A stretch of 64,000 bases of DNA from an uncultured bacterium (GTDB lineage Bacteria > Chlamydiota > Chlamydiia > Chlamydiales > VFKH01): the NCBI GenBank assembly GCA_964630595.1, contig CAZVVT010000002.1, positions 1,609 to 65,608 on the forward strand, given 5' to 3'. The notes beneath the pieces are model-generated. The model was not told where the DNA came from and made no database searches. It worked only from the letters and a program-made list of their open reading frames with translations. Positions 1 to 10,821 of this stretch are shown piece after piece. The position numbers were made by a program, and so were the translations under genes. Position 1 is the first letter of the stretch; the number at the start of each line of letters is the position of its first letter.

Positions 1-6
1 CGCGCC

Positions 7-1338
7 ATGACCCTACTGGGCGGACAGATCGGCCAATCCTCCTTTAACTCTGGCGATCTTCATGAGCTCGTCGAGTTCGTCGCCTTTCGCAAAGGGTCGG
101 GCGCCTCTTTGGATGAGAGCACACTACAGTGGGTGGAGAAGCTGGGCGCGCGTCTGGGCAACCGCACGCTGAAAGGACGATCCGTCACTACTCTTGAAGA
201 GGTTGTTGCTTTAGAGCCTCACGAGGTCGACATCGGCCGCGCGACGGCGATTGCACAAGGCGATGGCAAAATCCGCGAACTGGAAGCAACGCTCGACCTT
301 CTCGCTCTGCGCGCTTTAGCCAAACTGCAGCCCTATGGGGGGCTAAACGCCTCGGATCAGCGCAAGATCAATGCGATCAACGAGGTGCTCTACTTCGAGC
401 TGAGTCTGCGCTACCCTCCCTTGAGCGATAAGGAGAAGTATGGCTACTCCTCCGTCTCGCAAATTCTCGACAGCAGAAAGGGGATTTGCATGGGCACCTC
501 TCTGCTTTATCTGTGCATTGGGCAACGCCTCAACCTCGAACTTGAAGCCGTCACGCCGCCCGGCCACATCTACGTCCGCACGAAGGAAATCAACATCGAA
601 ACCACGGCGCGCGGGATCAATGTCGCGGGTCGCAACTACGAGAGCATCCATACCAAGGGGCTCAAAGTACGCACACGCAAAGAGGCGCTCGGCTGTCTCT
701 TTGGCAACCAAGCCTTTGAGCTTGTCCGCGACGCGCGCTTCGAAGAGGCTGCCGCACAGCTGGAAAAGGCAGTGCTCTTTATGCCCGACGACGAGGTGAT
801 GCTCCAAATGCTGGGTCTGTGCCGCATTCTCTCCGGACAGGAGGGCAAATCAAAGATCGAACAATCTCTTGCTCTTCCCACCGATGTCGAGATCGACCAC
901 CTTACTGTTGGCGAAGACTACCTACGGGGCAATGTGGACAAGGAGGCCATCAAAGCCTACCTCCTCCCCTACGAGCCGAAAAAGAGTGCGCTGCTGCAAA
1001 AACGCGCCGCGATGACCAAAGCCCTCAAGCGCTGCCCTCGCTTCCGCGACGGCTGGCTCCAACTCGCCGAAATCAACCACGGCCTCAACCGCCCCCAAGA
1101 GGCCACCGACGCCCTCCTGCGCTACCACGCCCTCGATGCAGGCTCTGTGATGGTCGAATGCTCCCTCGCCGAACTTCTCATCGACCGCCTCCAATACTCC
1201 GCCGCCCGCACCCACCTCCTGCGCGCTCAAGAAATCCTTCAACAAGCAGGCGTACACAAAAGCCGTCAGTGGCACATGCTCTGGACCCAGCTGCAGTCGT
1301 ACGACTCATCTCCCACAGAAAAATCGTATGGATCATAA
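7..1338 (+). CDS. Transglutaminase-like (SirB1/UPF0162-type) protein with TPR-like helical C-terminal half
   Basis: 443-aa ORF. The core [36 protein letters not shown] resembles the Cys/His core of SirB1-type transglutaminase-like proteins and is followed by a helical repeat region. The ATG is 6 nt from the window edge, so the true start may lie upstream. Overlaps clpB by 11 nt. Confidence 0.6.
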   Translation: MTLLGGQIGQSSFNSGDLHELVEFVAFRKGSGASLDESTLQWVEKLGARLGNRTLKGRSVTTLEEVVALEPHEVDIGRATAIAQGDGKIRELEATLDLLALRALAKLQPYGGLNASDQRKINAINEVLYFELSLRYPPLSDKEKYGYSSVSQILDSRKGICMGTSLLYLCIGQRLNLELEAVTPPGHIYVRTKEINIETTARGINVAGRNYESIHTKGLKVRTRKEALGCLFGNQAFELVRDARFEEAAAQLEKAVLFMPDDEVMLQMLGLCRILSGQEGKSKIEQSLALPTDVEIDHLTVGEDYLRGNVDKEAIKAYLLPYEPKKSALLQKRAAMTKALKRCPRFRDGWLQLAEINHGLNRPQEATDALLRYHALDAGSVMVECSLAELLIDRLQYSAARTHLLRAQEILQQAGVHKSRQWHMLWTQLQSYDSSPTEKSYGS

Positions 1339-3898
1339 ATTTACGGAAAGCGTGCTGCATGCGCTGCAAAGAAGCGTACAGCTGGCGCAAGAAAACAAAT
1401 ACACCGAAGTCAGTCCAAATGCACTGCTGTTTGCCTTTCTGGAGGATCCGGAGGGGTACTTCGCCTCCTTTTTTGCAAGCCACAAATTGGATGTGGCAAA
1501 GTTGGTGCAGGAGCTAAAAGGAGCGCTGGATAAGCAGGCGCGCTTTGCCGATGGTGGACAGCCTGCGCTTTCGCCCCGCTTGCAGCAGATCATCAATAAC
1601 GCTTTGGCTAAGGCGAAGAGCTGGGGAGATACCTATACCGCTTCAGATCACTTTCTGGCAGCCTTTTGGGAGAGTGCGGAAGAGCCCCTTGCATCCTTTA
1701 AAAAGGGTGTTACAATCGATGCTGAAAAGCAGATCAAAGAGATACGAGGAGGCGAGAAAATGGAATCGGAGAATGCAGAAGCTGGCCTGAATGCCTTAAA
1801 GAAATATTGCCGCAATTTGACGGAGGCGGCACGCGAGGGCAAACTCGATCCCGTGATCGGCCGCGATGAGGAGATTCAGCGCACAATTCAGGTCTTAAGT
1901 CGCAGGACGAAGAACAATCCCTTATTGATCGGCGAGCCAGGTGTAGGAAAGACAGCGATTGCCGAGGGGCTGGCAGGACGCATTATTGCAGGCGATGTGC
2001 CGGAGTCGCTGAAAGGCAAACAGCTTTATGCACTCGATATGGGGGCGTTGATTGCCGGTACGAAGTACCGCGGCGAATTCGAAGAGCGGTTGAAGGGCAT
2101 TCTCAAAGAGGTGGAGAAGGGCGAAGGGCAGATCATTCTTTTCATCGACGAGGTGCACACACTGATCGGCGCAGGCGGCGGCGACGGGGCGATGGATGCG
2201 GCCAATCTGCTCAAACCAGCGCTGGCACGCGGCACGCTGCACTGTATTGGCGCGACAACGCTGAATGAATACCAGAAACACATCGAAAAAGATCCCGCTC
2301 TCGAGCGCCGCTTCCAGCCCGTGTTGGTCAAAGAGCCGACTCCGGAGGATGCCATTGCTATTTTGCGCGGTTTGAGGGAACGCTATGAAAACTTCCACGG
2401 TGTGCGCATTACCGAAGATGCATTGACCGCCGCTGTGATGCTGTCGCACCGCTACATCTCCGACCGCTTTCTGCCCGATAAGGCCATTGACCTGATCGAC
2501 GAGGCAGCAAGCCTTATCCGCATGCAGATGGGCTCCCGTCCTTTGGTGGTGGATCGCAAAGAGCGCGAGCTGTCCAGCCTTCTTGTGAAGCAAGAGGGGC
2601 TCAAACGGGAGGAGAACAGCAAGCCCGAACTCGAAAAGTTGGCCAAAGAGATCGCCCACGTGCGCGAGGAGCTCTCCGTCCTCAAGTCTCGTTGGGAAGA
2701 GGAAAAGAAGGCTTTGGTTGTCGTCAAAGAGAAGAAGACCGAGCTGGAAAAGTTAAAAACTCAAGAGGCGGAAGCCGAGCGCATGTCCGACTACAACAAG
2801 GTCGCTGAGATCCGCTACAGCAAACTGCCCAAGCTGAAAGAGGAAATTGCCGGATTAGAAAAGGGACTTGCCTCCAAAGATGCGCGCATGCTGAAGGAGG
2901 AGGTCGACGAGCACCTCATTGCAGAGATTGTGTCGAAATGGACCGGTATTCCCGTCACCAAGATGCTGCAGGGCGAGGCGAAGAAATTGCTACACCTCGA
3001 GCAGACTTTGGAAAAACGAGTGGTGGGCCAAGATATGGCTGTAACGGCTGTTGCAGAGGCCATTCGCCGTTCGCGTGCAGGTCTGCAAGACCCTCATCGC
3101 CCCATTGGCGTCTTTCTCTTCCTCGGTCCCACAGGAGTTGGTAAGACCGAATTGGCTAAGGCGATCGCAGAGCAGCTCTTCAACCAAGAAGATGCCATTA
3201 TCCGCCTCGACATGTCGGAGTATATGGAGAAACACTCTGTTTCACGTCTGATCGGCTCTCCTCCCGGCTATGTCGGCTACGACGAGGGAGGGCAGCTCAC
3301 AGAGGCGCTGCGCCGACGCCCCTATTCTGTGGTTCTCCTCGACGAGGTGGAAAAGGCGCACTCCGATGTCTTCAATATTCTGCTGCAGATTTTCGATGAT
3401 GGCCGCATCACCGACAGCAAGGGACGCGTGGTGAACTGCAAAAATGCGCTCTTCATCATGACCTCCAACCTCGGTTCAGCAGCTCTTCTCGAGCGTGCTG
3501 AAAAATCCAGCAAGACGCTGACAAAAGAAGAGATCTTGAAATTGGTCGATCCTGTTCTCAAGAGCCACTTTCGTCCGGAATTCCTCAACCGCATTGATGA
3601 GATCCTCCCCTTCCTGCCTCTTCAAGAAAGCGAGATGGAGAAAATCGTGGCGATTCAACTCGAGGGCGTCAAAAAACGACTCCACGATCGCGATATTCAG
3701 CTCCATTGGTCGAAAGAACTACTTGCTCATTTGGCAAAAGAGGGCTACGACGCCGCTTTTGGCGCGCGCCCCCTCAAACGTCTGATCCAGCAAACCATCG
3801 TCAATCCCCTTTCCAACGAAATTTTGGAAGGAAAGATCGGCGCGGGAAAAACTGTGAACCTCAAAGTGAGTGGTAAAGGCGAAATAGTTGTGAATTAA
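1328..3898 (+). CDS. clpB: ATP-dependent disaggregase ClpB
   Basis: 856 aa. Clp N-domain, two AAA+ modules (Walker A GEPGVGKT and GPTGVGKT), a long coiled-coil middle domain, and canonical ClpB length. Confidence 0.97.
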   Translation: MDHKFTESVLHALQRSVQLAQENKYTEVSPNALLFAFLEDPEGYFASFFASHKLDVAKLVQELKGALDKQARFADGGQPALSPRLQQIINNALAKAKSWGDTYTASDHFLAAFWESAEEPLASFKKGVTIDAEKQIKEIRGGEKMESENAEAGLNALKKYCRNLTEAAREGKLDPVIGRDEEIQRTIQVLSRRTKNNPLLIGEPGVGKTAIAEGLAGRIIAGDVPESLKGKQLYALDMGALIAGTKYRGEFEERLKGILKEVEKGEGQIILFIDEVHTLIGAGGGDGAMDAANLLKPALARGTLHCIGATTLNEYQKHIEKDPALERRFQPVLVKEPTPEDAIAILRGLRERYENFHGVRITEDALTAAVMLSHRYISDRFLPDKAIDLIDEAASLIRMQMGSRPLVVDRKERELSSLLVKQEGLKREENSKPELEKLAKEIAHVREELSVLKSRWEEEKKALVVVKEKKTELEKLKTQEAEAERMSDYNKVAEIRYSKLPKLKEEIAGLEKGLASKDARMLKEEVDEHLIAEIVSKWTGIPVTKMLQGEAKKLLHLEQTLEKRVVGQDMAVTAVAEAIRRSRAGLQDPHRPIGVFLFLGPTGVGKTELAKAIAEQLFNQEDAIIRLDMSEYMEKHSVSRLIGSPPGYVGYDEGGQLTEALRRRPYSVVLLDEVEKAHSDVFNILLQIFDDGRITDSKGRVVNCKNALFIMTSNLGSAALLERAEKSSKTLTKEEILKLVDPVLKSHFRPEFLNRIDEILPFLPLQESEMEKIVAIQLEGVKKRLHDRDIQLHWSKELLAHLAKEGYDAAFGARPLKRLIQQTIVNPLSNEILEGKIGAGKTVNLKVSGKGEIVVN

Positions 3899-3929
3899 AA
3901 GATGATTCTTTACAGTCCCTTGTCGGATT

Positions 3930-4880
3930 ATGAAGCTGATCTCTTTTTTCACACTTGCATCACTCTCACTGTATGCAACCTGGGAAGTCACGGTAGGCGC
4001 TCTCTACTTGCGCCCACAGTTTGATGACCCCTACTTTGCTTTGCAAGTGCCCGTCACCAACGTTGCTTCGGGTTCTCGCGTGGCCAACCGTTTTGGCAAC
4101 GATGGGGGCTATTTTGCAGCGCTCAAAAAGTACTTTCCGTGCAACCGCTCTCTCGCTCTTTCTAGCAACTATTTCGAAGCGGGCCATACCGCCTCCGTCT
4201 CTGCAGGTGCCAACAACAACCTCTTTGCTACGAAGGGGGCTCCTTCGATGTTTGCCAATACGGTTTCCAGCGCCGTCTCGAACATCAAGCTCGGCTACAT
4301 CGACGCGAGCCTGCTCTTTTCCCAAGGACTGCAACCTTGCACGTGGCTTCGCAGCGATTTCCTCATTGGGCTGAAATTAGCCCGCTTCGATTTCCATGAA
4401 CACGACGCCTACACCAACCTCGCCGGTGCCATGCAGTACACTGTCGACTACTATTCCCAAGCCATCGGCGGCGGCCTCGCCTTTGGCCTTGCGGCAACAG
4501 CCGACCTTTACCGCGAATGCGATTACGCCCTTGACCTGATCGCCAACACTCAGCTCGCCCCCCTGTTTGGCACGATGAGAGCGGCGAGTTTTTCGCTCAA
4601 CTCCACCACAGGCGCCTCTTCCGTTACGGCGATCAATACACCACAGCTGCGCCTTCTTCCCCTTTGGGAAACCAACCTTCTACTCAGCTACAAGCTGCGC
4701 TCTACCTGTTCTTGCATCACTTTGGATGTGGGCTACAAGCTGCTCTACTTAAGCCGTTATTTTGATCGCATCAATTTCTACGGGCCCACGGCTAACGGTG
4801 CGGGTAGCGGCGTCTCTAGCGATGACTACGGCGACGTCCTTTTACAAGGCCCCTTCGCTACGCTGGGTTATATCTTCTAA
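3930..4880 (+). CDS. Putative outer-membrane beta-barrel (porin-like) protein
   Basis: 316 aa. Sec signal peptide MKLISFFTLASLSLYA, an alternating beta-strand-like pattern, a C-terminal aromatic signature ATLGYIF typical of BamA substrates, and 5 Cys. Confidence 0.6.
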   Translation: MKLISFFTLASLSLYATWEVTVGALYLRPQFDDPYFALQVPVTNVASGSRVANRFGNDGGYFAALKKYFPCNRSLALSSNYFEAGHTASVSAGANNNLFATKGAPSMFANTVSSAVSNIKLGYIDASLLFSQGLQPCTWLRSDFLIGLKLARFDFHEHDAYTNLAGAMQYTVDYYSQAIGGGLAFGLAATADLYRECDYALDLIANTQLAPLFGTMRAASFSLNSTTGASSVTAINTPQLRLLPLWETNLLLSYKLRSTCSCITLDVGYKLLYLSRYFDRINFYGPTANGAGSGVSSDDYGDVLLQGPFATLGYIF

Positions 4881-5328
4881 CAAGAGCGTGCGCTGTTTCC
4901 CTTGGAATGGTGTGAATACCGCCCCAAAGCATAAACGTATATGAGCCTTGCGCAGCCGCCAAACTCTGCGATGCCTGGCGTGCTGTCTCCTGAAACTCTG
5001 GATCCCCAGAGAAAATATAAACGTGCAGAACCATCAGCTCATATCCCCGGCTTTCATACAGCTGTAAACGCGCTAGTGCCTCATAAGCGGGCTTGAGCAC
5101 AAGCAATTCGATGGCTGCGCAACCGCAGAATGTTTTAAAACTCGCGTTGCGCAAAAGATCGATGCCGGGAATGGGTACCCACCAACTCACAATGTACGCC
5201 ACCAAAGCCCATTGCATAACCTCCCTAACCCGCTCCGCTGTCTGACTCAGTCTAGCGGGCTCGCGCAAAAAGAGAGCCTCGTAACCTGTCAACAAACGGC
5301 TGACCGCCCCGTCAAGTGCAAATGCCAT
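4858..5328 (-). CDS. Hypothetical protein with one hydrophobic segment
   Basis: 156-aa ORF filling what would otherwise be a ~430-nt gap in a very compact genome. Hydrophobic stretch WALVAYIVSWWVPIPGI and no recognisable motif. Overlaps the 3-prime ends of both neighbours (23 nt and 17 nt). Confidence 0.4.
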   Translation of the reverse strand: MAFALDGAVSRLLTGYEALFLREPARLSQTAERVREVMQWALVAYIVSWWVPIPGIDLLRNASFKTFCGCAAIELLVLKPAYEALARLQLYESRGYELMVLHVYIFSGDPEFQETARQASQSLAAAQGSYTFMLWGGIHTIPRETAHALVRRYNPA

Positions 5329-6973
5329 ACTTCTTCCACTTACTGCTGACTAATTCCTCTGTTGCTCGATCACACTCTACCGTGCCGGGATACGAGGGCT
5401 TCATGCGAGCATCAATCACAATCGGTGCCTCGAAGGAGATGTGGTTAAAGTGCACACTTTTTCTCGCATGAATATCTCCGGCGGGATCAAACCGCGTAAA
5501 GACGGTCCACAAAAAAGCCTCTTGTGAGGCAAGCGCTTCTTGGATCGAGTCCACCACTACCACCAGCGGCCACTGTTTGAGCTCTTCGAAATTCTGCGGC
5601 ATCTCCTGTATCACCAGGCAGCCCGGGCAGAAGGGTTTGGCATGCAAAGAACCCTCGTAGGCTGCGGGCAGTGCTCGTGGCTCGCTCATGCCCAGCAGTA
5701 CAGCACGTGAGCCCTTGTTGAGCGCAGGACCGGTGTAGTCTAGCGTATCCATCGACAGGTTAGCGAAGATGTAGAGATCCTTTTTCGGATCAAAGCGCTC
5801 CAACACGGCGGTCAACGTCTGTCGAAAATTCTGTAAGTCGACAGGCTGATCGGTCACCAGCAAAAACTTGGTCAACGCCAGCTGTCCCTCTCCCAGAATA
5901 CGGAAAGCCGCCCCCATCGCTTCGCGCCAGTAGCGCTCTTGTACGCGCGCAGCGCCCAGCGAATGAAATCCCGTCTCCCCATAGCTCCAAAAGTCGAGCA
6001 CGCTGGGCATCGTCAAACAAAGCAGCGGCTTAAGGAGCGTTTGCAAATAGTTACCGAGGAAATAGTCCTCTTGGCGCGGCTTGCCAACCACTGTTGCCGG
6101 AAAGATCGCCCCTTCGCGCGCCCAAATCTGTTCGCAGTGAAAAACGGGAAACTCATGCGCTAAACTGTAATACCCAAAATGGTCTCCAAAGGGCCCTTCC
6201 AGGCGACGCTCTTTTGGTTTGGCCACACCATGCAGAATAAACTCTACATCGACCGGCAACCGGTGTGCCCCCACCTGCGTCAAGGGCAGCTTCTTCTCGA
6301 GCAAAAGAGAGGCAAAGAGCAACTCCGGTACATTCTCCGGCAGTGGCGCAATCGCCGATAAAATCAGCTCTGGAGGTCCTCCCAGTAGGATCGACACGGG
6401 AAGCGGCCGGTTTTCTGCTTCCGCAGCGTGGTAATGAAACCCTCCGCCCTTGGCAATCTGGAAATGTAGTCCCGTTGTTCTGCCATCATAGCGTTGAATG
6501 CGGTAGACCCCCAAATTGCCCGACTCCCCTTCCGTATAGACCAAAGGCCAGGTCAAAAAGCGGCCCCCATCTTCCGGCCAAGAGGTCGTAAAGGGCAACT
6601 CATCCAAGCTTTTCAGAGGGGTAAAGGGCGAGCGCGCGGAGGTAAATCCCGCCTTACAAAGGGAAGCGATTGTGCTGCGCTTCTTCCACAATGTCTTGAG
6701 ATCAAGCGAGCCCTTCAGCAGGTCAACAATGCGGTCCAGCCGCTTGAGTCCGCCAAAGGCGAGCTCCACGCGTTTTTCCGTGCCAAACAAGTTGGTGACG
6801 ACAGGAAACGATGAACCTTTGACTTTCGTAAAGAGAAGGGCTGGGCCGCCGCGCGCAATCACCCGGCGGTGTACCTCGGCCAACTCAAGGTGAGGATCCA
6901 CCTCTTCGTGGATGACCGTCAATTCGCCCTCAGCTGCAAGCTGTGAGACGAACCCTTGCAATGACCGGCTCAA
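5312..6973 (-). CDS. ubiD: UbiD-family decarboxylase (probable quinone/menaquinone biosynthesis)
   Basis: 553 aa. The N-terminus LTVIHEEVDPHLELAEVHRRVIARGGPALLF and overall collinearity and length are typical of UbiD/3-octaprenyl-4-hydroxybenzoate decarboxylase-like enzymes. Confidence 0.85.
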   Translation of the reverse strand: MSRSLQGFVSQLAAEGELTVIHEEVDPHLELAEVHRRVIARGGPALLFTKVKGSSFPVVTNLFGTEKRVELAFGGLKRLDRIVDLLKGSLDLKTLWKKRSTIASLCKAGFTSARSPFTPLKSLDELPFTTSWPEDGGRFLTWPLVYTEGESGNLGVYRIQRYDGRTTGLHFQIAKGGGFHYHAAEAENRPLPVSILLGGPPELILSAIAPLPENVPELLFASLLLEKKLPLTQVGAHRLPVDVEFILHGVAKPKERRLEGPFGDHFGYYSLAHEFPVFHCEQIWAREGAIFPATVVGKPRQEDYFLGNYLQTLLKPLLCLTMPSVLDFWSYGETGFHSLGAARVQERYWREAMGAAFRILGEGQLALTKFLLVTDQPVDLQNFRQTLTAVLERFDPKKDLYIFANLSMDTLDYTGPALNKGSRAVLLGMSEPRALPAAYEGSLHAKPFCPGCLVIQEMPQNFEELKQWPLVVVVDSIQEALASQEAFLWTVFTRFDPAGDIHARKSVHFNHISFEAPIVIDARMKPSYPGTVECDRATEELVSSKWKKYGICT

Positions 6974-6974
6974 T

Positions 6975-7250
6975 TTAGATCTTTTGGCCTTGCGCCCGGA
7001 GATCTTTTACCACAGAGGACAAACCACGCTTCTCAATGGTGCGCATTGCAGCCATGGAAAGGCGGAGGGAGATGAAGCGATTTTCTTCTGCAAACCAGTA
7101 GCGCTTGCGCATCAAGTTGGGAAGAAAGCGACGCTTGGTCACGCCGGTAATTTTAATACCAATACCCTTCTTCTTTTTGGCAATACCACGGGTAGTGTAG
7201 GTTCTTCCACACTGGGGCTTACGACCTGTCACTTGGCATTCTTTTGTCAT
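6975..7250 (-). CDS. rpmB: 50S ribosomal protein L28
   Basis: The 172-aa ORF is trimmed to the internal ATG at 7250. This gives 91 aa, MTKECQVTGRKPQCGRTYTTRGIAKKKKGIGIKITG..., which is a typical L28. The upstream part of the ORF is Arg-rich frame noise that overlaps the divergent PLD gene. Confidence 0.93.
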   Translation of the reverse strand: MTKECQVTGRKPQCGRTYTTRGIAKKKKGIGIKITGVTKRRFLPNLMRKRYWFAEENRFISLRLSMAAMRTIEKRGLSSVVKDLRAQGQKI

Positions 7251-7308
7251 GATTGGCATCCTTCGAAAAACTGCCGGCCATTTTATCATAGCCCCCCAAA
7301 AGGAGCAA

Positions 7309-8217
7309 ATGAAACGTCTTATCCCTCTCCTCCTCCTCGTTCTTGCCCTCTTTCTCGGCTGGCATCTTCTCCACCCCCGACTGCCCTCCACCGACCGCCC
7401 CATCTGCTTCTGGTCCAACCAAACCGGCGACGACCTACGCTCTGTCCTCCACGAATCCCTCTCGAGCGCAAAGGCCTCCGCCTTTATCTCCATCTATACC
7501 TTCACGGATAAACGGCTCATTAAGGCGCTGCAGACCGTCCCCCAAGTTCGCCTTCACGCCGACAAAACCTGCAACTTAGGCCCCCTCTTTCCTCAGATCA
7601 AATATGATGACCGCTCCGGTCTTATGCACCGCAAAATCGCCGTCATTGACGACCGGCTCTGCCTGGTCGGCTCCGCTAACTTCACCCGTGAATCGCTCCA
7701 GCTCCATGACAACCTCATCGTCGGTTTTGATAGCCCCGAACTGGCCCTGGCTCTCCAAGAAGAGCGGGCGGGCCGCTTTCACCTCCACGACCAAGAAATC
7801 GAGCTCTTCTTTCTGCCCCGCGACAAGGCCGCCCTAGACCGCCTTCTCGGCCTTATCCAGGGCGCTCAAAAAAGCCTCAAAGTAGCCATGTTTCACTTCA
7901 CTCACCCGCAGCTGCTCAAGGCCGTCTTAGGCGCCAAAGTGCATAAAGAGGTCGCCCTCGACCGCGCCTCGAAGAAAGCCATCCAGCTCTTTAAGAAGGC
8001 CCACATCCCTGTCTACACAAACAAAACCACCACACTCCATCACAAATTCGCCCTCATCGATGATGAGACCCTCGCCTTCGGCTCCGCCAACTGGACGCGC
8101 AACGGCCTGCAACGCAACCGCGAAATTGTGGTGATCCTCACGCCCCTCACAGAGCAGCAAAAATCGTTCTTTGCCGACCTCTGGTCACAGCTTGCTTGCC
8201 CAGCAAAAGCGATCTGA
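7309..8217 (+). CDS. Phospholipase D superfamily protein (two HKD motifs)
   Basis: HKD motifs HRKIAVIDDRLCLVGSANFT and HHKFALIDDETLAFGSANWT. N-terminal signal/anchor MKRLIPLLLLVLALFLGW. Start placed at ATG 7309, preceded by AGGAG at 7301-7305. The ORF track starts at 7249. Confidence 0.88.
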   Translation: MKRLIPLLLLVLALFLGWHLLHPRLPSTDRPICFWSNQTGDDLRSVLHESLSSAKASAFISIYTFTDKRLIKALQTVPQVRLHADKTCNLGPLFPQIKYDDRSGLMHRKIAVIDDRLCLVGSANFTRESLQLHDNLIVGFDSPELALALQEERAGRFHLHDQEIELFFLPRDKAALDRLLGLIQGAQKSLKVAMFHFTHPQLLKAVLGAKVHKEVALDRASKKAIQLFKKAHIPVYTNKTTTLHHKFALIDDETLAFGSANWTRNGLQRNREIVVILTPLTEQQKSFFADLWSQLACPAKAI

Positions 8218-8231
8218 TTCATATTGATGCC

Positions 8232-8927
8232 ATGAAGATCGGACTGATTGGACACGGCAAGACGGGCAAAGAGGTGGAGCGCTATGCACTCGCTGCAGGT
8301 CACACTATTGTGGGCTTCTGGACTACTTCGCAGCGCGATGATCTCTCTCAAGCCGATGTCTGGATTGATTTTAGCTCACACCAATCGGTCATCGAACATG
8401 TGCAAGCAGCAGCTGACGCAAAAAAACCGATTGTGATCGGCACCACCGCGTGGGGCCGAGAAGAGAGTCTCATCAAAGAGATCGTTACCAAAGCGCAGAT
8501 CGGCGCGATCTTCTCCCCCAACTTTGCCATCGGCGTGCACCTCTTTGTCAAAACAGTCGAAGCGCTAGCCAAAATGGCGGCGAAGTTGGACTTTGACCCC
8601 ATGGTGCTCGAATGGCACCACCGCGAAAAAAAGGACAGCCCCTCCGGTACCGCTCTCGTTCTCAAAAACATCCTCGAAACCCTCTACTCCAAAACCGCCC
8701 ATCTCACCTCCGAAAATGCCAAACTGCCCGCTGATGAGTTTCACGCCATCGGCATCCGCGGCGGCTTTGATCCCGGCACCTACACCGTCACCTTCGATTC
8801 TCCCAGCGAAACGATCGAACTCACCCACCGCGCCCGCTCTCGCGAGCCCTACGCCCGCGGCGCCCTCCTCGCTGCCGAATGGATTCGCAGCCGCACCGGC
8901 TTTTACACCATGGACGATTTGATATGA
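8232..8927 (+). CDS. dapB: 4-hydroxy-tetrahydrodipicolinate reductase
   Basis: MKIGLIGHGKTGK dinucleotide fold and the EWHHREKKDSPSGTA signature (compare E. coli EAHHRHKVDAPSGTA). Start trimmed to ATG 8232. Confidence 0.9.
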   Translation: MKIGLIGHGKTGKEVERYALAAGHTIVGFWTTSQRDDLSQADVWIDFSSHQSVIEHVQAAADAKKPIVIGTTAWGREESLIKEIVTKAQIGAIFSPNFAIGVHLFVKTVEALAKMAAKLDFDPMVLEWHHREKKDSPSGTALVLKNILETLYSKTAHLTSENAKLPADEFHAIGIRGGFDPGTYTVTFDSPSETIELTHRARSREPYARGALLAAEWIRSRTGFYTMDDLI

Positions 8928-9820
8928 AAAAGCTTCAAGGCACCTTCACAGCCCTTGTTACCCCCTTTAAGGGCAAAAATAGCAACGCCATTGACTACGA
9001 TGCGCTGCACATTCTCTTCAAGCAGCAGCTCAAAGCAAAGGTCGACGGCATCGTCATCTTGGGCACGACAGGTGAATCGCCCACCATTACTGATAAGGAA
9101 CAGGAGAAGCTCATTCGTTTCTCTGTAGAGAAACTAGCAGGCAAATGCAAAGTCATTGTGGGAACCGGCGGCTACTGCACGCATGGCACGATTGATCGTA
9201 CCAAGCGCGCAGAAGATCTCGGCGCCGATGCGGCCCTCATCGTCACGCCCTATTATAACAAGCCGACCAACGAGGGCATCTACCGCCACTTCAAGTCTGT
9301 GGATGATGCCGTTAACCTTCCCATCATCGTCTACAACATTGCCGGACGCACAGGACGCAATATCGACACCGACACGATGAAGCGCATTGCCGATCTCGAT
9401 AACGTAAAGAGCATCAAAGAGGCCTCCGGCAGCATTGAGCAGATTATGGAGGTCATCGACGCCATCTCTTTACACCGCAAAGACTTCTCCATTTTAAGCG
9501 GCGATGACAACATCACCTTCCCCCTCATCTGCCTCGGCGGCCACGGCGTCATCTCTGTCCTCTCCAACCTCATCCCGATCGAAATCGTCGAACTGGTGAA
9601 GTTCGCCCTAGCAGGCGACCTGCCCAAAGCGCGCCAAATCCACTACCGCCTCCTCCACCTCTTCAAAGTCGCTTTCATCGAAACAAACCCCATTCCCATC
9701 AAAGAAGCTCTCAACATGACGGGAACCTCTGTGGGCAGCTACCGCCTCCCCTTGTGTGAAATGCGCAGCGACAACAAAGCCAAACTCAAAAGCGTCCTCC
9801 AGCAACTGGATCTCGTATGA
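8924..9820 (+). CDS. dapA: 4-hydroxy-tetrahydrodipicolinate synthase
   Basis: FTALVTPF, LGTTGESPT and VYNIAGRTG motifs. ATGA overlap with the dapB stop (8924-8927). Confidence 0.93.
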   Translation: MKKLQGTFTALVTPFKGKNSNAIDYDALHILFKQQLKAKVDGIVILGTTGESPTITDKEQEKLIRFSVEKLAGKCKVIVGTGGYCTHGTIDRTKRAEDLGADAALIVTPYYNKPTNEGIYRHFKSVDDAVNLPIIVYNIAGRTGRNIDTDTMKRIADLDNVKSIKEASGSIEQIMEVIDAISLHRKDFSILSGDDNITFPLICLGGHGVISVLSNLIPIEIVELVKFALAGDLPKARQIHYRLLHLFKVAFIETNPIPIKEALNMTGTSVGSYRLPLCEMRSDNKAKLKSVLQQLDLV

Positions 9821-10821
9821 AAATTCCCGTTGGCATCTTGGGAGCCACCGGCCTTGTTGGACAGCAGTACCTCCTGCGATTAGCCAACCACCCGCAGTTT
9901 GAAGTAGTCTATTTGGCGGCGTCGGAGCGCTCTGAGGGCAAAACCTATGCGGAGGCCGTGCAGGGACGCTGGCGTCAGAGCGAACCGATTCCGGAGAAAC
10001 TGGCGAAGCAGATAGTAGAGCCACTCACAGCAACTCCCCAAGCGCAATTGCTTTTCTCCGCGCTCGATAATGGCTCTGCACGCGTGTTTGAGCCCCAATT
10101 TGCGGCACTAGGGTACGCTGTTTTCTCCAACGCCTCGTGGGGACGTACAGAAAGCGATGTGCCCGTGGTGATCCCAGAGGTCAATGCGCACCATTTAGAT
10201 TGGTTGGTGCGGCAGAAACAAGAACGCGGATGGAAAGGTTTTCTCGTCGCCAAGCCCTGCTGCACAGTGCAGTCCTTTGTCATTCCACTAGCTGCACTGC
10301 ACAAGAAGTGGCCCATTAAAAAAGTCTTCGTCACCTCCCTGCAGGCCCTTTCAGGAGCAGGTCTTTCCGGAGAAGCTCACGCGGACAACGTGATTCCCCA
10401 CATCTCGGGAGAAGAGGAAAAGCTGGAAAACGAGCCGCGCAAAATTTTGGGCGCAGACTTGGTCATTTCTGCCCATTGCAACCGCGTGCCCGTCAGCGAT
10501 GGTCATCTCACCTGCGTCAGCTTTGCCTTTCAAGAAGATCAACCCACCAAGGAAGAGATCCTCGATGCGTGGAAGAGCTTTCCTGCGCTCGATCTTCCTT
10601 CCGCACCGCGGCAAACGATTCACTACTTTTCGCAAGAAGACCGCCCACAACCACTCCAGGACCGTGATTTGGAAAATGGCATGGCGGCATCGGTGGGGCG
10701 TCTGCGCCCCTGCCCACTTCTTCATTGGCGTTTTGTTTCTCTCACTCATAACACAGCGCGCGGAGCCGCCGGTGGCGGCATTCTCTGCGCCGAACTTTTC
10801 GTGCAACAAGGACTTCTCTAA
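9817..10821 (+). CDS. asd: Aspartate-semialdehyde dehydrogenase
   Basis: GILGATGLVGQ NADP fold, active-site Cys region KPCCTVQS, and SLQALSGAG. Overlaps dapA by 4 nt. Confidence 0.92.
   Translation: MKIPVGILGATGLVGQQYLLRLANHPQFEVVYLAASERSEGKTYAEAVQGRWRQSEPIPEKLAKQIVEPLTATPQAQLLFSALDNGSARVFEPQFAALGYAVFSNASWGRTESDVPVVIPEVNAHHLDWLVRQKQERGWKGFLVAKPCCTVQSFVIPLAALHKKWPIKKVFVTSLQALSGAGLSGEAHADNVIPHISGEEEKLENEPRKILGADLVISAHCNRVPVSDGHLTCVSFAFQEDQPTKEEILDAWKSFPALDLPSAPRQTIHYFSQEDRPQPLQDRDLENGMAASVGRLRPCPLLHWRFVSLTHNTARGAAGGGILCAELFVQQGLL

Noticed and set aside
819-1517. 232-aa Pro/Arg-rich alternative-frame ORF spanning the end of the transglutaminase-like gene and the clpB start.
   Set aside because: Its composition (runs of P, R and S) is typical of an out-of-frame reading of a real gene, and both overlapped genes have strong motif support.
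6975-7493. Long N-terminal extensions in the ORF track for rpmB (172 aa), htrA (537 aa, to 38071), acpS (155 aa, to 52791), ftsY (366 aa, from 39763), dapB, dapA and trxB.
   Set aside because: The conserved protein begins at an internal Met in each case: the L28 MTKECQ, the HtrA signal peptide, the AcpS MIGTDII and the FtsY MFGFF. The extensions are frame noise that overlaps neighbouring genes.
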